From Cirrosporium novae-zelandiae (Eukaryota): DNA of 64,000 nt. Positions 37,424-50,800 of the stretch are shown one piece after another. Position 1 is the first letter of the stretch. Each line of letters starts with the position of its first letter. Made by a program: the position numbers and the translations under genes. Under the pieces are notes generated by a model. The model was not told where the DNA came from and searched no databases. It saw only the letters and a list, made by a program, of their open reading frames with translations. The DNA lies in NCBI GenBank assembly GCA_026023565.1, contig JAPETS010000023.1:1-64000 (forward strand), read 5' to 3'.

Positions 37424-38102
37424 AGAAGGATGCGCTTCGAAAAGATTTCTTCGTGGCTTCGATTTCTTCTGTTTACTGCCTAGTAGCGGCTACTCCGGGA
37501 TTCATGAAAGCTTACTGACACCCAAGAACCCGTTTTCGTCGTAGCTTGCATGACCTCTAATTAATTAACATGTACTACAGTACCAGACCACAAACACAAC
37601 TTCAACATGGGAGCTCTATAACCCTATCTCGATATAGTATCATACCATCCTTCAATCTAATCAAATTCGACACCAGCTTGAATAAAAAAATCCCGAGCTC
37701 CAAGGGCGAGCAAAAGAAGCTACTGTGGCGATCTAAGATAACCCTCTCGCGGAATTACACGAGAAAAGACCGGGTTCAACGCCGCACCTGAACAGCACAG
37801 CCTTACCACATTGCTTTGACGACTCATCCTGACTACTCCTATTTCAACACTATTCTATTGTTACACGCTTGGTGTTGACGCTGCCGTTTTCACGGGAGTG
37901 ATTCAATGCTGATTTCACATAGCCTATTTCTAGAATCTCACTCGGATGATAAGGAGCCATAAATTCCTGGCCGTGTCTTTTTCTCTTCCCCAGTATCAAC
38001 ATTACTCTTCTATCTGAAGAACAATTTCTCTACTCTTCACTTTACTCTTCACTCTACTCTTCATTCTACTCTCCGCTTTAATATTGTGTACTAATCATAA
38101 AC

Positions 38103-39307
38103 ATGTATGCACAAGGGAATCTTAGCTTAGCTGCTAGGATTGTAACATCACCACAAACCTCGACAATCTTCTCGAGGGCTGTCCTCCTCGGCACAGCTAG
38201 ACATGCTATTCCTACTCTCACTACCTTTCATTCAAGACAGGCTACCTATCAGCCCAGTATGCGGTTGAAACGCCAGTTTTCATCGACTATCAACACCAAC
38301 CTCGATTACTTCCCCCCTCCTCCAGAAACAGGAAACATTAGGCAGACACAAGCTGCATGGGGTCACCCTATGTAAGACCTCACTTTACTAATACTAACTA
38401 TCTCTTAGGTGGAAGGTAGCTAACATTTTGACTAATAGCTATTCCCCAAAGGAAATGAAAGACGTTGTTGTCGCTCACCGAAAAGCCCAAACATGGTCCG
38501 ATTATGTTGCTCTTGGTACAATTCGGCTTCTTCGATCATCTTTCGACATTGTAACCTTCTATCGCCATGACAAACCTCTTAAACCGGGACAAGCTCCCCC
38601 TCAGAAATGGGCCATGTCCGAACCGAAATGGATGACTCGTTTCATATTCTTGGAAACTGTTGCCGGTGTTCCAGGAATGGTCGGTGGTATGCTACGGCAT
38701 CTACGAAGCCTAAGATGGATGAAGAGAGATAACGGATGGTCGGTCATCTTTGTTTCAAGATATGGACTTGCAGTATCTCTTACTGACATTTATTAGGATG
38801 GAGTCACTGCTCGAAGAAGCGTATAACGAGCGAATGCATCTCCTCACCTTCTTGAAGATGGCAGAGCCAGGGCTGTTCATGCGAGTGATTGTCCTTGGTG
38901 CTCAAGCTGTCTTTTTTGGTGGCTTTACCCTAGCCTACCTCATCTCCCCCCGAACTTGCCACCGCTTCGTCGGCTACCTTGAAGAAGAAGCCGTCATCAC
39001 CTACACCCGTGCCATCGACGAGATTGACGCAGGAAAGTTGCCTACATGGAAATCGATGAGAGCTCCCGATATTGCTATCGCTTATTGGAAGATGCCAGAA
39101 GGCCACCAAACAATGCGGGATCTCTTGTTGTACATCCGTGCCGATGAAGCCAAACATCGGGAGGTAAACCACACTCTCGGTAATTTGAACCCGAAGACAG
39201 ATCCAAATCCATATACCAGCGAATACAAAGACCCCAGCAAACCACATCCAACCAAGGGTCTTGAATTCCAGAAACCAGAAGGTTGGGAGAGGAAAGACTG
39301 TCTATGA
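38103..39307 (+). CDS. AOX: Mitochondrial alternative oxidase
   Basis: Diiron motifs [41 protein letters not shown]; Arg/Ser-rich N-terminal presequence; two introns. Confidence 0.97.
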
Positions 39308-41483
39308 AATCTTATTTCTTGTACAGTATTGCGCTGCAACCACAGCTTTATTATGTATATTTTTTGGAAGGTGTTAGCGACGGATGATACAATACCCCAC
39401 TCTTGGCGTTAAGAAACAAATAGGCGAGAAAGAAAACTTAGAATACCCTAATGCCGATTCGTGTGTTTGCGATCGAGCTTCAAATCAGTGCTTCTATATT
39501 TTTTTAACAAATTCTTTTAGAGCAACAGTCACCAAGGCTCTTTAAAAATCGAGCAGAGTCTGAGCCTGAAAGACTATCTTTGGAAGTGATACCAGGTTCT
39601 ACAATCTGCAAAATATCTTTCGACCTCAAAGGCAATGCAATCAATCGTTTCGCTCAGCAAATCCACCAAGCCTACAACAATTATCAAAACACATCATCTT
39701 TCTACCCATCCATACATGCATACATAACCTACCTACATAGTCCAACAAATATTAATTCACCCGGACAGAAAAAGCCGAACCCCTGAAAATTAATAATTAT
39801 AATTACATCTCTAATGAAAAAACGGTGTAACTACCTACCTACCTACCTACAGAGCTTGTTTCACAACTCCAACCTCCAATGCTGAATATATTTCTTGTTA
39901 TTATTATATTATTCATGGTTTATGCATAGAAGCAGTTTCAAATAAGTGGATGAATCGGACTGTTCTATATATTATTCACAGGCTCCCCCCCCCACCCCCC
40001 CTAAACCCCCGAACCTCTTTTCCTTATTTCAGGGTTAGACTACCTATCGATAACACATATCAAACACACCAGTTGTCGGTTAAAGTTTCGTGCCTTGCAT
40101 AGTATACATAGTATAGTAGTTCTAATTATATATTTTTTCTTTTTCGCTGTGTGTATGCTATCATCATCACCACCATTATTATCATCATTGTTGTTATTTA
40201 TTTTTCTCCTCCTTTTCTTTTCGTTTTTTTTGTATGTATGTATATATGTATATATTGTCCCTCATATCCTCACATCCTCACAATACTCATATAGAGGAAG
40301 GGAAAGAAGGAAAAGGAGGGTGGAAATGTTGAAAATGTGTTCACTCTAACCTCTAACTTCTAACCTGTAACCTAATCCGAGACTTGGAGAATATAAATTA
40401 AAAGAAAGAAAGAAAGGAAGAAAGATATATATATGTAGTTATTCTTGTTCTCAACGCCTCCTTTCCCGTTCAAAAGTGAAAGTGAAATAAAACAACGAGG
40501 ATGAGAATGACATGAAATGCAAATGCAAAAGAAAAAGAAAAAAACTCTCCTTCCTGATTTTTTTGAGGGAGGGGGGGTGGTAAGAGAAGCAATTCTTGTT
40601 TTGGGTAGGTAGTTATGATCCCACGACGATACCGCTGACCAACCCAAGATCAGTCTTCGACGAGAAAAGTATACAGATAAATCAATACTTAGACCCTTCC
40701 CTTTAAAGAAAGGTATAACCAACCCGCATTGCGTTTCATTTTATCCTATCAACCACCCCCCCACCCAACTCACTCAATATCTCTTCTACAAAAAATCGAA
40801 GAGAAGAGCGTTTTCCAAAACTAGAAAATTAATTTTGATCAAATCCCATCTGATACCGCCTATACATGTTCTGGGTGTTTGAATGTATGAAAGAGCTAAA
40901 TGTTAATGCCCTGGAGCTGTACGGAATCTTTTGAATGTTATCATTGATGAGGAAAAAAAAGACTTGATGGCATATGAAAGTTATAAAAAGTTCGGTTGAG
41001 CCAGCGAGCGAACGAGGCTTCTGATATAAAAGCCGTTTTTTAATTGACCCCCCGGGGTAGTAAGTGCTCTTTACTAAGCTTTTAATTATCAGTATTAATA
41101 AATAAATCTCAAATATCTTCCGGTTCTCTCGGGATATTAATGCAAGAGTGGACTGACTACCCCCCCTACCTCCCCGGGAAGCAATCCCCTCGGTCATTTC
41201 GGTCATTTCGGTTATCTCGGCCATGTCGTTCGATATCGGTCGACTTCACGTCATGTCAAGAAGGCCGGTAAGGATGAGGTTTTTTCAACTGGCCCGCAAA
41301 TGTCCTAATTTGTGGAGAAAAAAGGAACTGATAAGTACGCTAATATCGTCTATATATATATTGGAAGTTCCCCTAGAACCTTATTTTTTGGTTGTAGAAT
41401 ATGAAAAAATACCTGGACGAGAGGTAGGACCGACAAACAACCCTGACAAGGATCTCGCAAGGCTTCTTTCTGTACAGTACACG

Positions 41484-43006
41484 ATGTCTTTGAATGCTGT
41501 TTCGGCGTCCGCTATTTCGAGACCGCACATACTCATTGTTGGGGCTGCATATGCAGGTTTATCCACCGCGATAAATATCCTGAGTCTATGTGATACGGGA
41601 AGTTTGCTTCCTAGTCCATTGCCCACCCCGAAGCTAGGATCCATACCAAAGAATAAACCTTGCATCAGCATTCTTGATGAGAGAGATGGGATATGTAAGA
41701 CCTGAATTAGTATATAGCCGATGAGGGCACAAGACTAACTTCCTGACTTGCTTGACAGTTCATCTAATGGGAGCTCCACTAGCTCATACCACCAAGGTGG
41801 CCGTCGAAAGGTCTTGGAAGCTCTTCCATGAAATACCTGCATTGAAGCGACCAGAAGTGAAGATTCTCAACGGCAAAGCTCGGTCCGTGGATTTCGAGAA
41901 CAAGATGCTTACTTTCACGTCAAATCCAGCTCTAGAAAATGAACAAGGAAATGAGGTCAAGGTGCATTATGACTATCTTGTTGCGGCTACTGGGCTGCGC
42001 CGACAATGGCCAATAGCACCTCAAGCCAAGGACAAGGATAGCTACATGAAAGACGCGATTCGACAAATTGAAAAATTAGAGAGAGTGGAAGGAAACATTG
42101 TAGTAGTAGGTGGAGGTACATGCATTGCATACCTCGTCAAGTGAAGAAAGTATTAACATTTTATAGGAGCCGTTGGCATCGAGGTAGCTGGCGAGATAAA
42201 ACATTCCTATCCCACGAAGAACGTGATTCTTGTACATTCACGAGAAGATCTTCTTTCTTCAGAACCTCTTCCGTCACAATTTAAGCAGGTTACAAAAGAC
42301 ATCTTACATCAAACAGGTGTGACGGTGGTTACAGGTAGTCGCATTATCAAAGAAGAGATTGATGGTGCACAGACAAAACTCTTTACATCTGCTGGAGATG
42401 TGCTGATAGCTGAAGTCACAATATTCTGCACGGCGAAGAGCAAACCACGAAGCGAATATCTATCTAGGATGGCTTTGGATGAAGATGGATATGTAAAGGT
42501 GGCGCCAAGGTGAGTTCCCTACCATAATTGCCTTGAAAAAGGGCCTTTATATTTATTACCAACGTATACTAGTCTGAACTTTGCTGCTGATATTCCACAT
42601 CCTTGCTGCCATTTCGCTGTTGGAGACATTGTTGCCTGGCCTGGGATCAGGCGAGTTGGAAGAGCCTTGTTGATGGGCCAATGCGCAGCCGTCAACATCA
42701 TCAAGACCATGGTTGCCAAAGAAGGATCAGATTCATCGAAAATACAGCCGCTGAACCTTGTAGAGTTCCCCAAATTTGCTCCGCGTATGGCCCTGGCAAT
42801 AGGCGATGAATCGGTGGCGATGTCTCCTCACGGCGAGATTAAATGGGGAAAAGAGGTCAGGAAGAGGGTATTTGGAGATGACCTAGGCCTCACCCGTAAG
42901 TTGGCCTTCTCTGTTGACTTGTTATTCTCAGCAAGTTTTTATAGGATATTTCATCTAACCGAAATTTATAGGATGTTGGAACGATCTCACGATTTCTAAG
43001 CTTTAG
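41484..43006 (+). CDS. AIF/AMID-like pyridine nucleotide-disulfide oxidoreductase with predicted C-terminal SKL
   Basis: ILIVGAAYAG, YDYLVAATG, VVVGGG/AVGIEVAGE, LVHSR, FAVGD; four introns; last exon via acceptor 42971 gives RCWNDLTISKL*. Confidence 0.87.
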
Positions 43007-44231
43007 TAAGGTAGGTAGTTATTTGGAAAGAATGGTTAAAGAATTGATTGAATGAACAGACTGGATTCGCTGAATCACTGAATAGCTGACTGAATAGTGG
43101 GGGTTGTAGAAGCTTGGATGGGGGGGGGGGGAAGGTACTGGGAGATGTGGGCGGTATTGTGACCGACCCACTGACGTTCGGTAAAGAAAGTTTAGTTGGA
43201 AAGAAATGGCTTAGAATGGAAATAAGCTGGATGAAAAAAAACTACCATGGTGATTAGATATTGAATAGATATTTCTTGAGTGGAGAGACGGAGAAAGAGT
43301 TAGAAAGAGTCGAAAGGATAGGAAAATAGAGGGAAAATGGAGTCGAATGGGGGATAAAATGGATAATTAGTTAGTTATGGTCAGGTGGGCATGTGGGCAT
43401 TAATCACAATCATTCAATCATTGTATGAAGTGTGTGTAGCTTTCCCTAAGTCTCCCTTAGTTTTTTTTTTCTTTCCACATAAGCGATTTGGGTCATTGGA
43501 TCATTGGGTCATTGGCGATTGGGGCCATTTGAAATACTCTTCCAAGTTCAACCGAGGGGAATGCATTTTTTGGAGGGGGGGGCGGGGGTTGTTTGTGGGT
43601 GTTTTCGGATTTGTTAGCTACCTTACCTTATGTAAGTCCTGGGGTTCTTTGATTTACTGAAAACAGCTTCAAACAGCTGAGGGTGTCCAAGTGTCTAGGT
43701 ACCCAGGTAGCAATCTACATCTAGATAGCTGATTTGATTGATGTTTTGTTTAATAGAGAATTATTGAAAAAAGGTGGAATTTTGTGTTGTTACTCATATT
43801 CAAGGATGCCATGGTCCCAGGGTGGTTTTCTGTCAAGTACTAAAAGCTTACATTAACCAATCAATGCCAGGGAAAACCACAGCTCTTGTTGCTGCCCCGC
43901 CCCCTCTCTGGTAAGGAATTTACTTAGCTGAACCTGTCTGCCTGACTCTTTAGGACTTCTTGGGTCTTGGTATTGGAGATGAGCCATTCTGCAAAGCTAG
44001 AGAGAGAGTAATTAGTTAGGAAAGATAAATAATAAATGTAACAGCCGTGTAGCTTAGGTAGGTAAGGTACCTAGTTAATACTAAGTAAGTATTAACAATT
44101 AACAATCCTTCAATACAGTACACCCTACACTCCGGGGGTATCTGCCCAATGCTACCTCCCATCCTCCCATTCTTTCTCTACTTTCCCACTAATCGATAAC
44201 GATTCATTCCATCCCCCTCCTGCTCTTGCGC

Positions 44232-44309
44232 CCACACACACACACACACACTCAACTCATTCAATCAACTCACAACTTACCACCCTCTTACACACTCACA
44301 CACACACAA
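44232..44309. repeat. (CA)n microsatellites upstream of the zinc-finger gene
   Basis: cacacacacacacacacaca runs; a similar run at ~6782-6800. Confidence 0.75.
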
Positions 44310-44533
44310 CATATCCTACATATACATAACTATTACATTTATTCTTTGACAAGTTGATACCTTTGTCCCTCATAGAATATGCGATTATTCCTTACCGTAC
44401 TTCTATTTCACAGCATCAATTGTTAATCGCATTCATTAACAATCGCATTCTTCTGACATCGCCACTTGAGACGATTCGAAACCCCCCCCCCCCCCCCCCC
44501 CCGACAACTTAACAAATCCTAATTATCTATTGC

Positions 44534-46351
44534 ATGAGCTATCAACACCCCGCCACCATCACCACGGCTTCCTCTGCCACTACCACCACTTTCCTCCCTC
44601 CTCCTCCTCGCCCTCATTCAATTCATCGAAGCATGCCCCCGCGCTCCCTCACTAGCTCCTTCTCCGCCGCCGCGGACGCCAACAATGAGGTTGTCTGTCC
44701 GCTCAAGAACCACGATGGATCCAATTGCCGCAAACGCTGCATTGGCGTGAGTCTACCATACTCCAAATCTCTTTTACATATTGCAGGGGTAAAATTTCAA
44801 TTTATTGCATGAGGAGCAGCTATAGCTAGCTATGCACAGCTCCAAACCGAATGAAGAGTTTTTGGGCTGACAAGCGAGTGAGGGGTTGGCGTGCAACAGG
44901 AGAAGAGATATCGTTCCATGCAAGAACATATCAGACGAGCTCACCCGGAACACTACATTTCGAAGCTGCCGGCCACCGAGGAGAGCTTCCAGTTGATGAT
45001 TAGTACCCCACCATCTGATAGACCTCCTCCTCCACAGCCACAGCAGCAACAGCCCACCAGTGTTGCGCCAAAACATCATCAACATTCCGCAAGTAAGTAC
45101 CATATCACTCCTCTGGTCGCTCCATTCAACCCTCAGTCCAAGGGGCTAATTGTTGGCCGAAAGATCATGCACGCGAGAGGGATTCCTACTATGAAGCAAG
45201 TAGAGCCAAGTCCTCCTCAACGCTTGGTGGGGAAGCACACGCGCTGGATGCAAGCGCCGCTGCAGCTTTAGCCTCACTACATAGCCATCGAGCAGAATCA
45301 GAATGGGATTCAGATGGAGTATGCCCCTCTATCCCAATCGCAATATGACCATGTTTTATTTTCTATTGGTTCCGCTGACCCTCGTTCTGCTATCTAGGCC
45401 TCCGATGCCGATGGCCGTGCCCCACCAGGAACATCGCATTCTATTGAGCTACCTCCGATTCGGAACCATCTCAAACAGGAATCTGTTCCACCCTTCCCAT
45501 CTTCCAGACCCCGGGAGCTCCTCCCTTCCTTCCTCGCAAACTCTCCCCCAGGTCGTTCATCCACGCTGCCGCCTCTTCAACGAAAACCAAACCGTCCTCG
45601 CAAGTCTTCAGTGACGCAGAATGCTCGCAAACCAAAGCATGAGCGTCAGCGCTCCAAGGATCATCCACCACTGAAACATCTCAGCCTTGATGGAATTTAT
45701 GGTTATGGCTCTCGCAAAGCACTGTCGGTTGAGCCGCAATCGTCGGGGTCCGCTTACCTGCAAGGAAAGCGTTGGGAAGACCTCATTGAAGCTGCAACAT
45801 CAGCAACCGAGGTCGAAAGCGACCGTGACCTGACGCCTGTTCCACCGTCTCCTTCCACGCCATTATTTGGACTGACCAGAAATCGTTCAGGGACAATGCC
45901 GCCTTTTTTCCCTTCGTCGACTCACTATCAAGCTTACCAAGCATCCCCTCTACAAAGAGCTCTCACCCCACCGCCACCCGACTCTGCTCGAATCTCCGCT
46001 GCACTGGAGCCCTTCCCGTCGGTTGAATCCTGTTCAACTTCTGCGGAATCTGGTCGCAACTTCCACATGCCACGTGCTAGCCTTACATACATGGACTCGA
46101 GTCCTGCAATTCCACCAAGCAGTACAATTTCTGGGATCGAGGGCCCCAGGAGAGCGAGAAGAACAATAGAGCATTACTGTGCAAGCTGTCAGGGGATTTT
46201 CCCCTTGAGAGGCAGCTACGCATGCACGGAATGCATATGCGGCGTCTGTGCCGACTGTGCGGGGGGGATCACGAGAGAAGGGAAGCCTTGTCCTAGCTGT
46301 GGGGTCAGAGGTGGAGTCTGGAAAGCCTTCAGAATTAACCTCAAATTATGA
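44534..46351 (+). CDS. Conserved fungal protein with N-terminal Cys/His zinc motif and C-terminal RING-like Cys-rich domain
   Basis: VCPLKNHDGSNCRKRCIG/EKRYRSMQEHIRRAH; KRWEDLIEAATSAT; C-terminal CASC..CTECICGVCADC..CPSC; multi-exon. Confidence 0.78.
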
Positions 46352-47869
46352 CTGAGCTACGTTTATGAGATGAATTCCGATGGGATTGGATAGTGAACAA
46401 GAGAAATAAAAAATCTCTTTTAGGTTTGAGTGAACATGAAAATACGATTGGGTATGGATTATGCATCAATGGGACTGGTTAACGATATGATTATGGAGTT
46501 TTTTTCGTCACCGGATGAACATGAAACTAGTGGCTGGAGTCTGGTTATGAGTCCAGAACCGGATACCGGGAAAGGGGGGCGGTGAGATGTACCTTTGTAC
46601 ATGTACAAAAGTGATCCGCCCTGGACCTTTTTCCCTGACATGAGCTTCAGGCTCGTGTTTGCTATTCGGAGGCATTTTAGATCATTGGACATGGAAATAG
46701 GACCTCGGCACGATGGTGGCGTTTCTTTTTTGTTCTGCCTTTATTTGCTTTCGCTCATTGATGAAAGTGCATTTTTTTTACTACCAACCTAAAAGGAAAA
46801 GAGACGGAGTGACAAGAGTACTTCTTCATGAGTGAGGTTAACGCCGGCATCATGTGATATCAATGTTAGTTTCGCAACGAAAAGAACCCACGGAAGGATT
46901 CCGGGATGCACACACACATGAAGCCAATCCATCGATCAATCATTGAGACTAAATGATGGATCGAATGCTGTTTGGCACGCACACTCCACAAGGTGAAAAG
47001 TCAACAGGTGGACAAAACAATGCGCATGCATACATGACAACCCCCTTTCCTTTATTTTTTTTGTTACCAACTGCAACTCCCCTTGCTCTTTATAGATGCA
47101 CAGCCAAGAGCATAGCATACCCAGGCAGGCAGGCAGACTTAGGTAGAAAGAAAGAAATGTTTTCCCCCTGCGTCCCGTGAAATGAAATTGAGATAGAGAT
47201 AGAGACGGGCCAAGGCAGCCGCATCTATCTGTCGCTCTTAACCATGACCAAGTGCATTATGATTTTTGTCCTTCTTTTCCCTTCCTTCATCTCATCCTCA
47301 CCTATTCTAGAGGCGTTGGAACGCTGCTAGATTGGATACACCAACAATAAGCCATGCACCCCTTGACAACCGGTACCACATGCTAAACTAGATTATCACC
47401 AAATCCAGTGCTCAAGGTAAAAGATGCGAAAACCGTATTTCATTAGGTAGGTACCCATGACTGGGGGTTTCTGAACAGTGTGGAAATCGAACATTTGTCC
47501 ATTATAAAAAGAACCTAATCACAATCAAAAACCCGGGAAAGGTTCTAAAATCGAGAAGGGTAACTAAGGTATAGCCCTAACTTATAAACAAGAAGAGAAA
47601 GAGAAAGAAAAAAGACACGTTGCCACTCCAACATGGTGGTAATTAAGAGAATAGCCATCACTCATCCGTCTCTGTAGTACCGTACCTCAATCGCTCCCCG
47701 ATTCTCGACAAACTCTCGAATGCATCACTCATCTCACAGCACAAGAATACAATGGATTAGAGGGTATCCGCTAAAGAAACATGAAAAATAGTGCATGCCC
47801 GTAGAATTAAAAATAGTTAATCAATTATGGGGGTCATTGCTAGTGGATGAGAAGGGATGAGAGCTCAGA

Positions 47870-50800
47870 CTAGTCGATCGACTCATCTAAAGACATCGGT
47901 TTGCTGTCCGAGTTGAAATTGGAATTGGAATGTCTGGATAGCATCTTCACCATCCTGAAACATCAAGGATTAGCAACACCCAACTCGAAAATTAGACAGT
48001 GAATAGCTACCTCGCAGATTCCTCGAACATCTCATCATTCACGCCGTTCAGGTGCCTAAGCTGTTCCCGCATGTTCGCCATCTGCATTACCTAATAAGTC
48101 AGCCAATTTAATTCATGAGTGAACATGAAGCAAGATTAGATGGGATTTCCCACCATCCCTTCAAGTTTCTCAGCTTTTGGAAATTCAATTTCCTCACCTT
48201 CCTTCACCTCTTGCTCATCTGCAGAATCCTCCGAGGATTCTTCGTCATCTTCTTCAGCCCAGCGGCTATCTCTTAGACCGGCTTTTGGGGATGCTGATGA
48301 GCCAGCGTTCTGGCTCGAGGACTTCTGAGCTTCTGCCAATTTGGCTGCCGCTTTAGCCTCGTCAAGTTGCTCCGACACCTCACGAAGCTTCGACTCAAGA
48401 GTGCTCTTCTGTTCATCCGCTGTTTCGAGATCTTTTTGTAAGCTCTCGACCTTTTTATTGAATTCTTGAAGTCTTTCAAGCTCCATTACAGCCTCCAACT
48501 TTTCGGTCTTCAAGGTCTGTAATTCAGCTACAGTCTTCTGATGCTGCTCGTCGAAAACCAATCGATCCTCTTCTTTGCCTTTGAGCTGGTCTCTCAGTTG
48601 CTCAAGCTCCTTCTTCAACCCTTCCTCAACTTCCGCTATTTCAGATGCATGCTGTTCCTTCAAACGAGCGACCTCGTCATCATGCTGTTTCTTTGCTTCA
48701 GCCATGGCCTCCTTGGCCGCGTCTTCTTTAGCAGTACTATCTTGGGCCATCACCTTGTTCGCTTCATCCACAGCAGCAGTCAGTTGGGCAATTGTATCCT
48801 TGTCCTTGATGATTGTTTCTCGGAGCTCTTCAACCTCTCTAGCTTTCTCCTCAAGGATCCTAAAATGATCGTTCTTGACACTCTCCAGAGCACTAGCCAT
48901 GGAACTCTCGTGTTCCTTCTTCAGTTTTTCCAAGACTTCCTCATAGCTTTTGTCGGATTCATATTTAGCAGCTTCTAGGGACTTAGCGTGTTGAGCATTC
49001 AGTTCTTCTAGGGAAGTAGCGAGTTGTTTTTCGTAATCTGCCGCAGCAGTTTGATACTTGGCAGACTGCTCGTCGCTGAGATGCTGGAGGTCCTCTTTAT
49101 GTTTTTCCTGTAATAACTTTGACTCTTTCGTCAAGATTTCAATTTGTTCCTGAAGGGAAGCAATTTCGGCTTTTGACTTAGCCATATCAGCGTCCTCAAG
49201 ATCTTTCAATTCTTGTTTGTGCTTGTCTTGGACCAACGAGGCCTCTGCAGCCATCTCCGCAAGGGTTTCATTCAAATTGTTGATTTCGGACTGCAGTTTC
49301 TTCAAAGAAGCATTATGATCTTCATCCTTGCTTTTCGTCTCTTCATCGAACGAATCGAGAACCTTTTTCAAAACCGCAACCTCAGATTCAGCGGCTGCTA
49401 GTTTCTCTTTATTCTCATCGAATTCTTTTCCATGCTCTTGAGCATTACTTTGTGATTCTTCTATCTTGACTTTCAATTCAGCAATGATCTTGTCCGCCGA
49501 CTCTTTTGAGACCGCAACGATCTCAGCGCTTGACCTTTCTAGATCCTTCAATGCTTGTTCGGCCTTCTCGAGCTTTTCAGACGACTCTTTAAGGTCCTGC
49601 GCGTGCTCGGCTTTAAGCTTCTCAACGGTTTCAGCTAGCCCTTTTTGGACTTCACTAGACTCAGAGGCAGATCGTTTAAGTTCTTCTTGTACTTGATTGT
49701 GGTTTGCAATCATTGAATCTCGCTCCTGTTGATGTGCTCTTTGGAGGTCTTCCATTTCAGCACTAGCCTGTGCTAGTTGCTGAGTATATTTTTCAGTCAG
49801 GGTAGTAAGAGCTGAGTTATTCTCGGACCGTAAGTGTTCAAGGGCCTCGTGATGCTCGATGAGCTCAGACTTCTCAGCTAGACTGCTCTGGCGAAGTTCT
49901 TGTATTTCGGATTGCATATTATCAACAACTTTTTTCATGGAATGGAGGTCGTAATCCTTAGCTTCTGTTTCATCGGCGTGCTTTTCCAATTGTTTTCGCA
50001 TTTCTCCCTGGAGACTTTTAATCGCTTTGCCGAGAGCTTCCACCTCTTCATTCTTGGCGGTCAGCATATTCTCGAGTTCGATTACTCTTTCGCGGAGTTT
50101 CCCATCTATAAGACTCTGTTTTTCTTCTAGAGCTTGAGAATTTGCAGCCGCAACTTGTTTAGCTTCTTCTAGAGCTTGAGTATTTGCAGCTGCAACTTGT
50201 TTAGCTTCTTCTAGCTCACGCTCTTTACTGTCCAAAGCCCGCAAAACGTCTGCCTCTTTGTCCTTTGTTTTCTTCAGCTCATCCTGAAGATCCTCGATAA
50301 CATTGCTCCTTCCATGAAGTTCCTGGTCTTTCATCTGCAATTGCTCCTCAAGACGTGTCTCAATCGCTTTACGATCCTTCTCAGCCTTGGTCGATGATTC
50401 TTTCCACTCACCCCGAATCTTCGATAGCTCGCTTTCTAATTGTGCCATCGATTCCCGAGCCACGGCCAAATCTGCCTCAAGCGCTTTCTTGGTTTCCTTA
50501 GCCTCTAACTTCTGTTGGTCGAGGAGATCGCTCGTAAGAGAAGCACCTTCGGCTTCAGCAGCCTTCTTTACTTCATCGAGTTTCTGGAGTGACTCCTCGT
50601 GACGCTTTGTAGCTTCCTCTAGTTTTTTCAATGCTTCAGTTTTCTCTTCTTTGAGACTCTCAACTTCAGCGCTGAGTTCGCTGCGAAGCCCCTCAGTTGT
50701 GGCGTCCACTTTTGCTACTTCAGACACTCGATCCTTCTCTAATTCAGCCATTTTAGACTGAACGTCTTCCAGCTGCTTTTTAAGAGCTGCAACCTCAGCT

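Noticed and set aside
37487..37498. Second CGG pair upstream of AOX
   Set aside because: Spacing is N6, not the N7 of the AOD2/AOD5 motif
40343..40378. CTCTAAC/CCTAAT repeats resembling interstitial telomere sequence
   Set aside because: Few, degenerate units and not CCCTAA; most likely a simple repeat
39580..41224. Several 68-131 aa ORFs in the AOX to AIF-like intergenic region
   Set aside because: AT-rich low-complexity DNA giving Phe/Ile/Lys-biased translations; no coding signal
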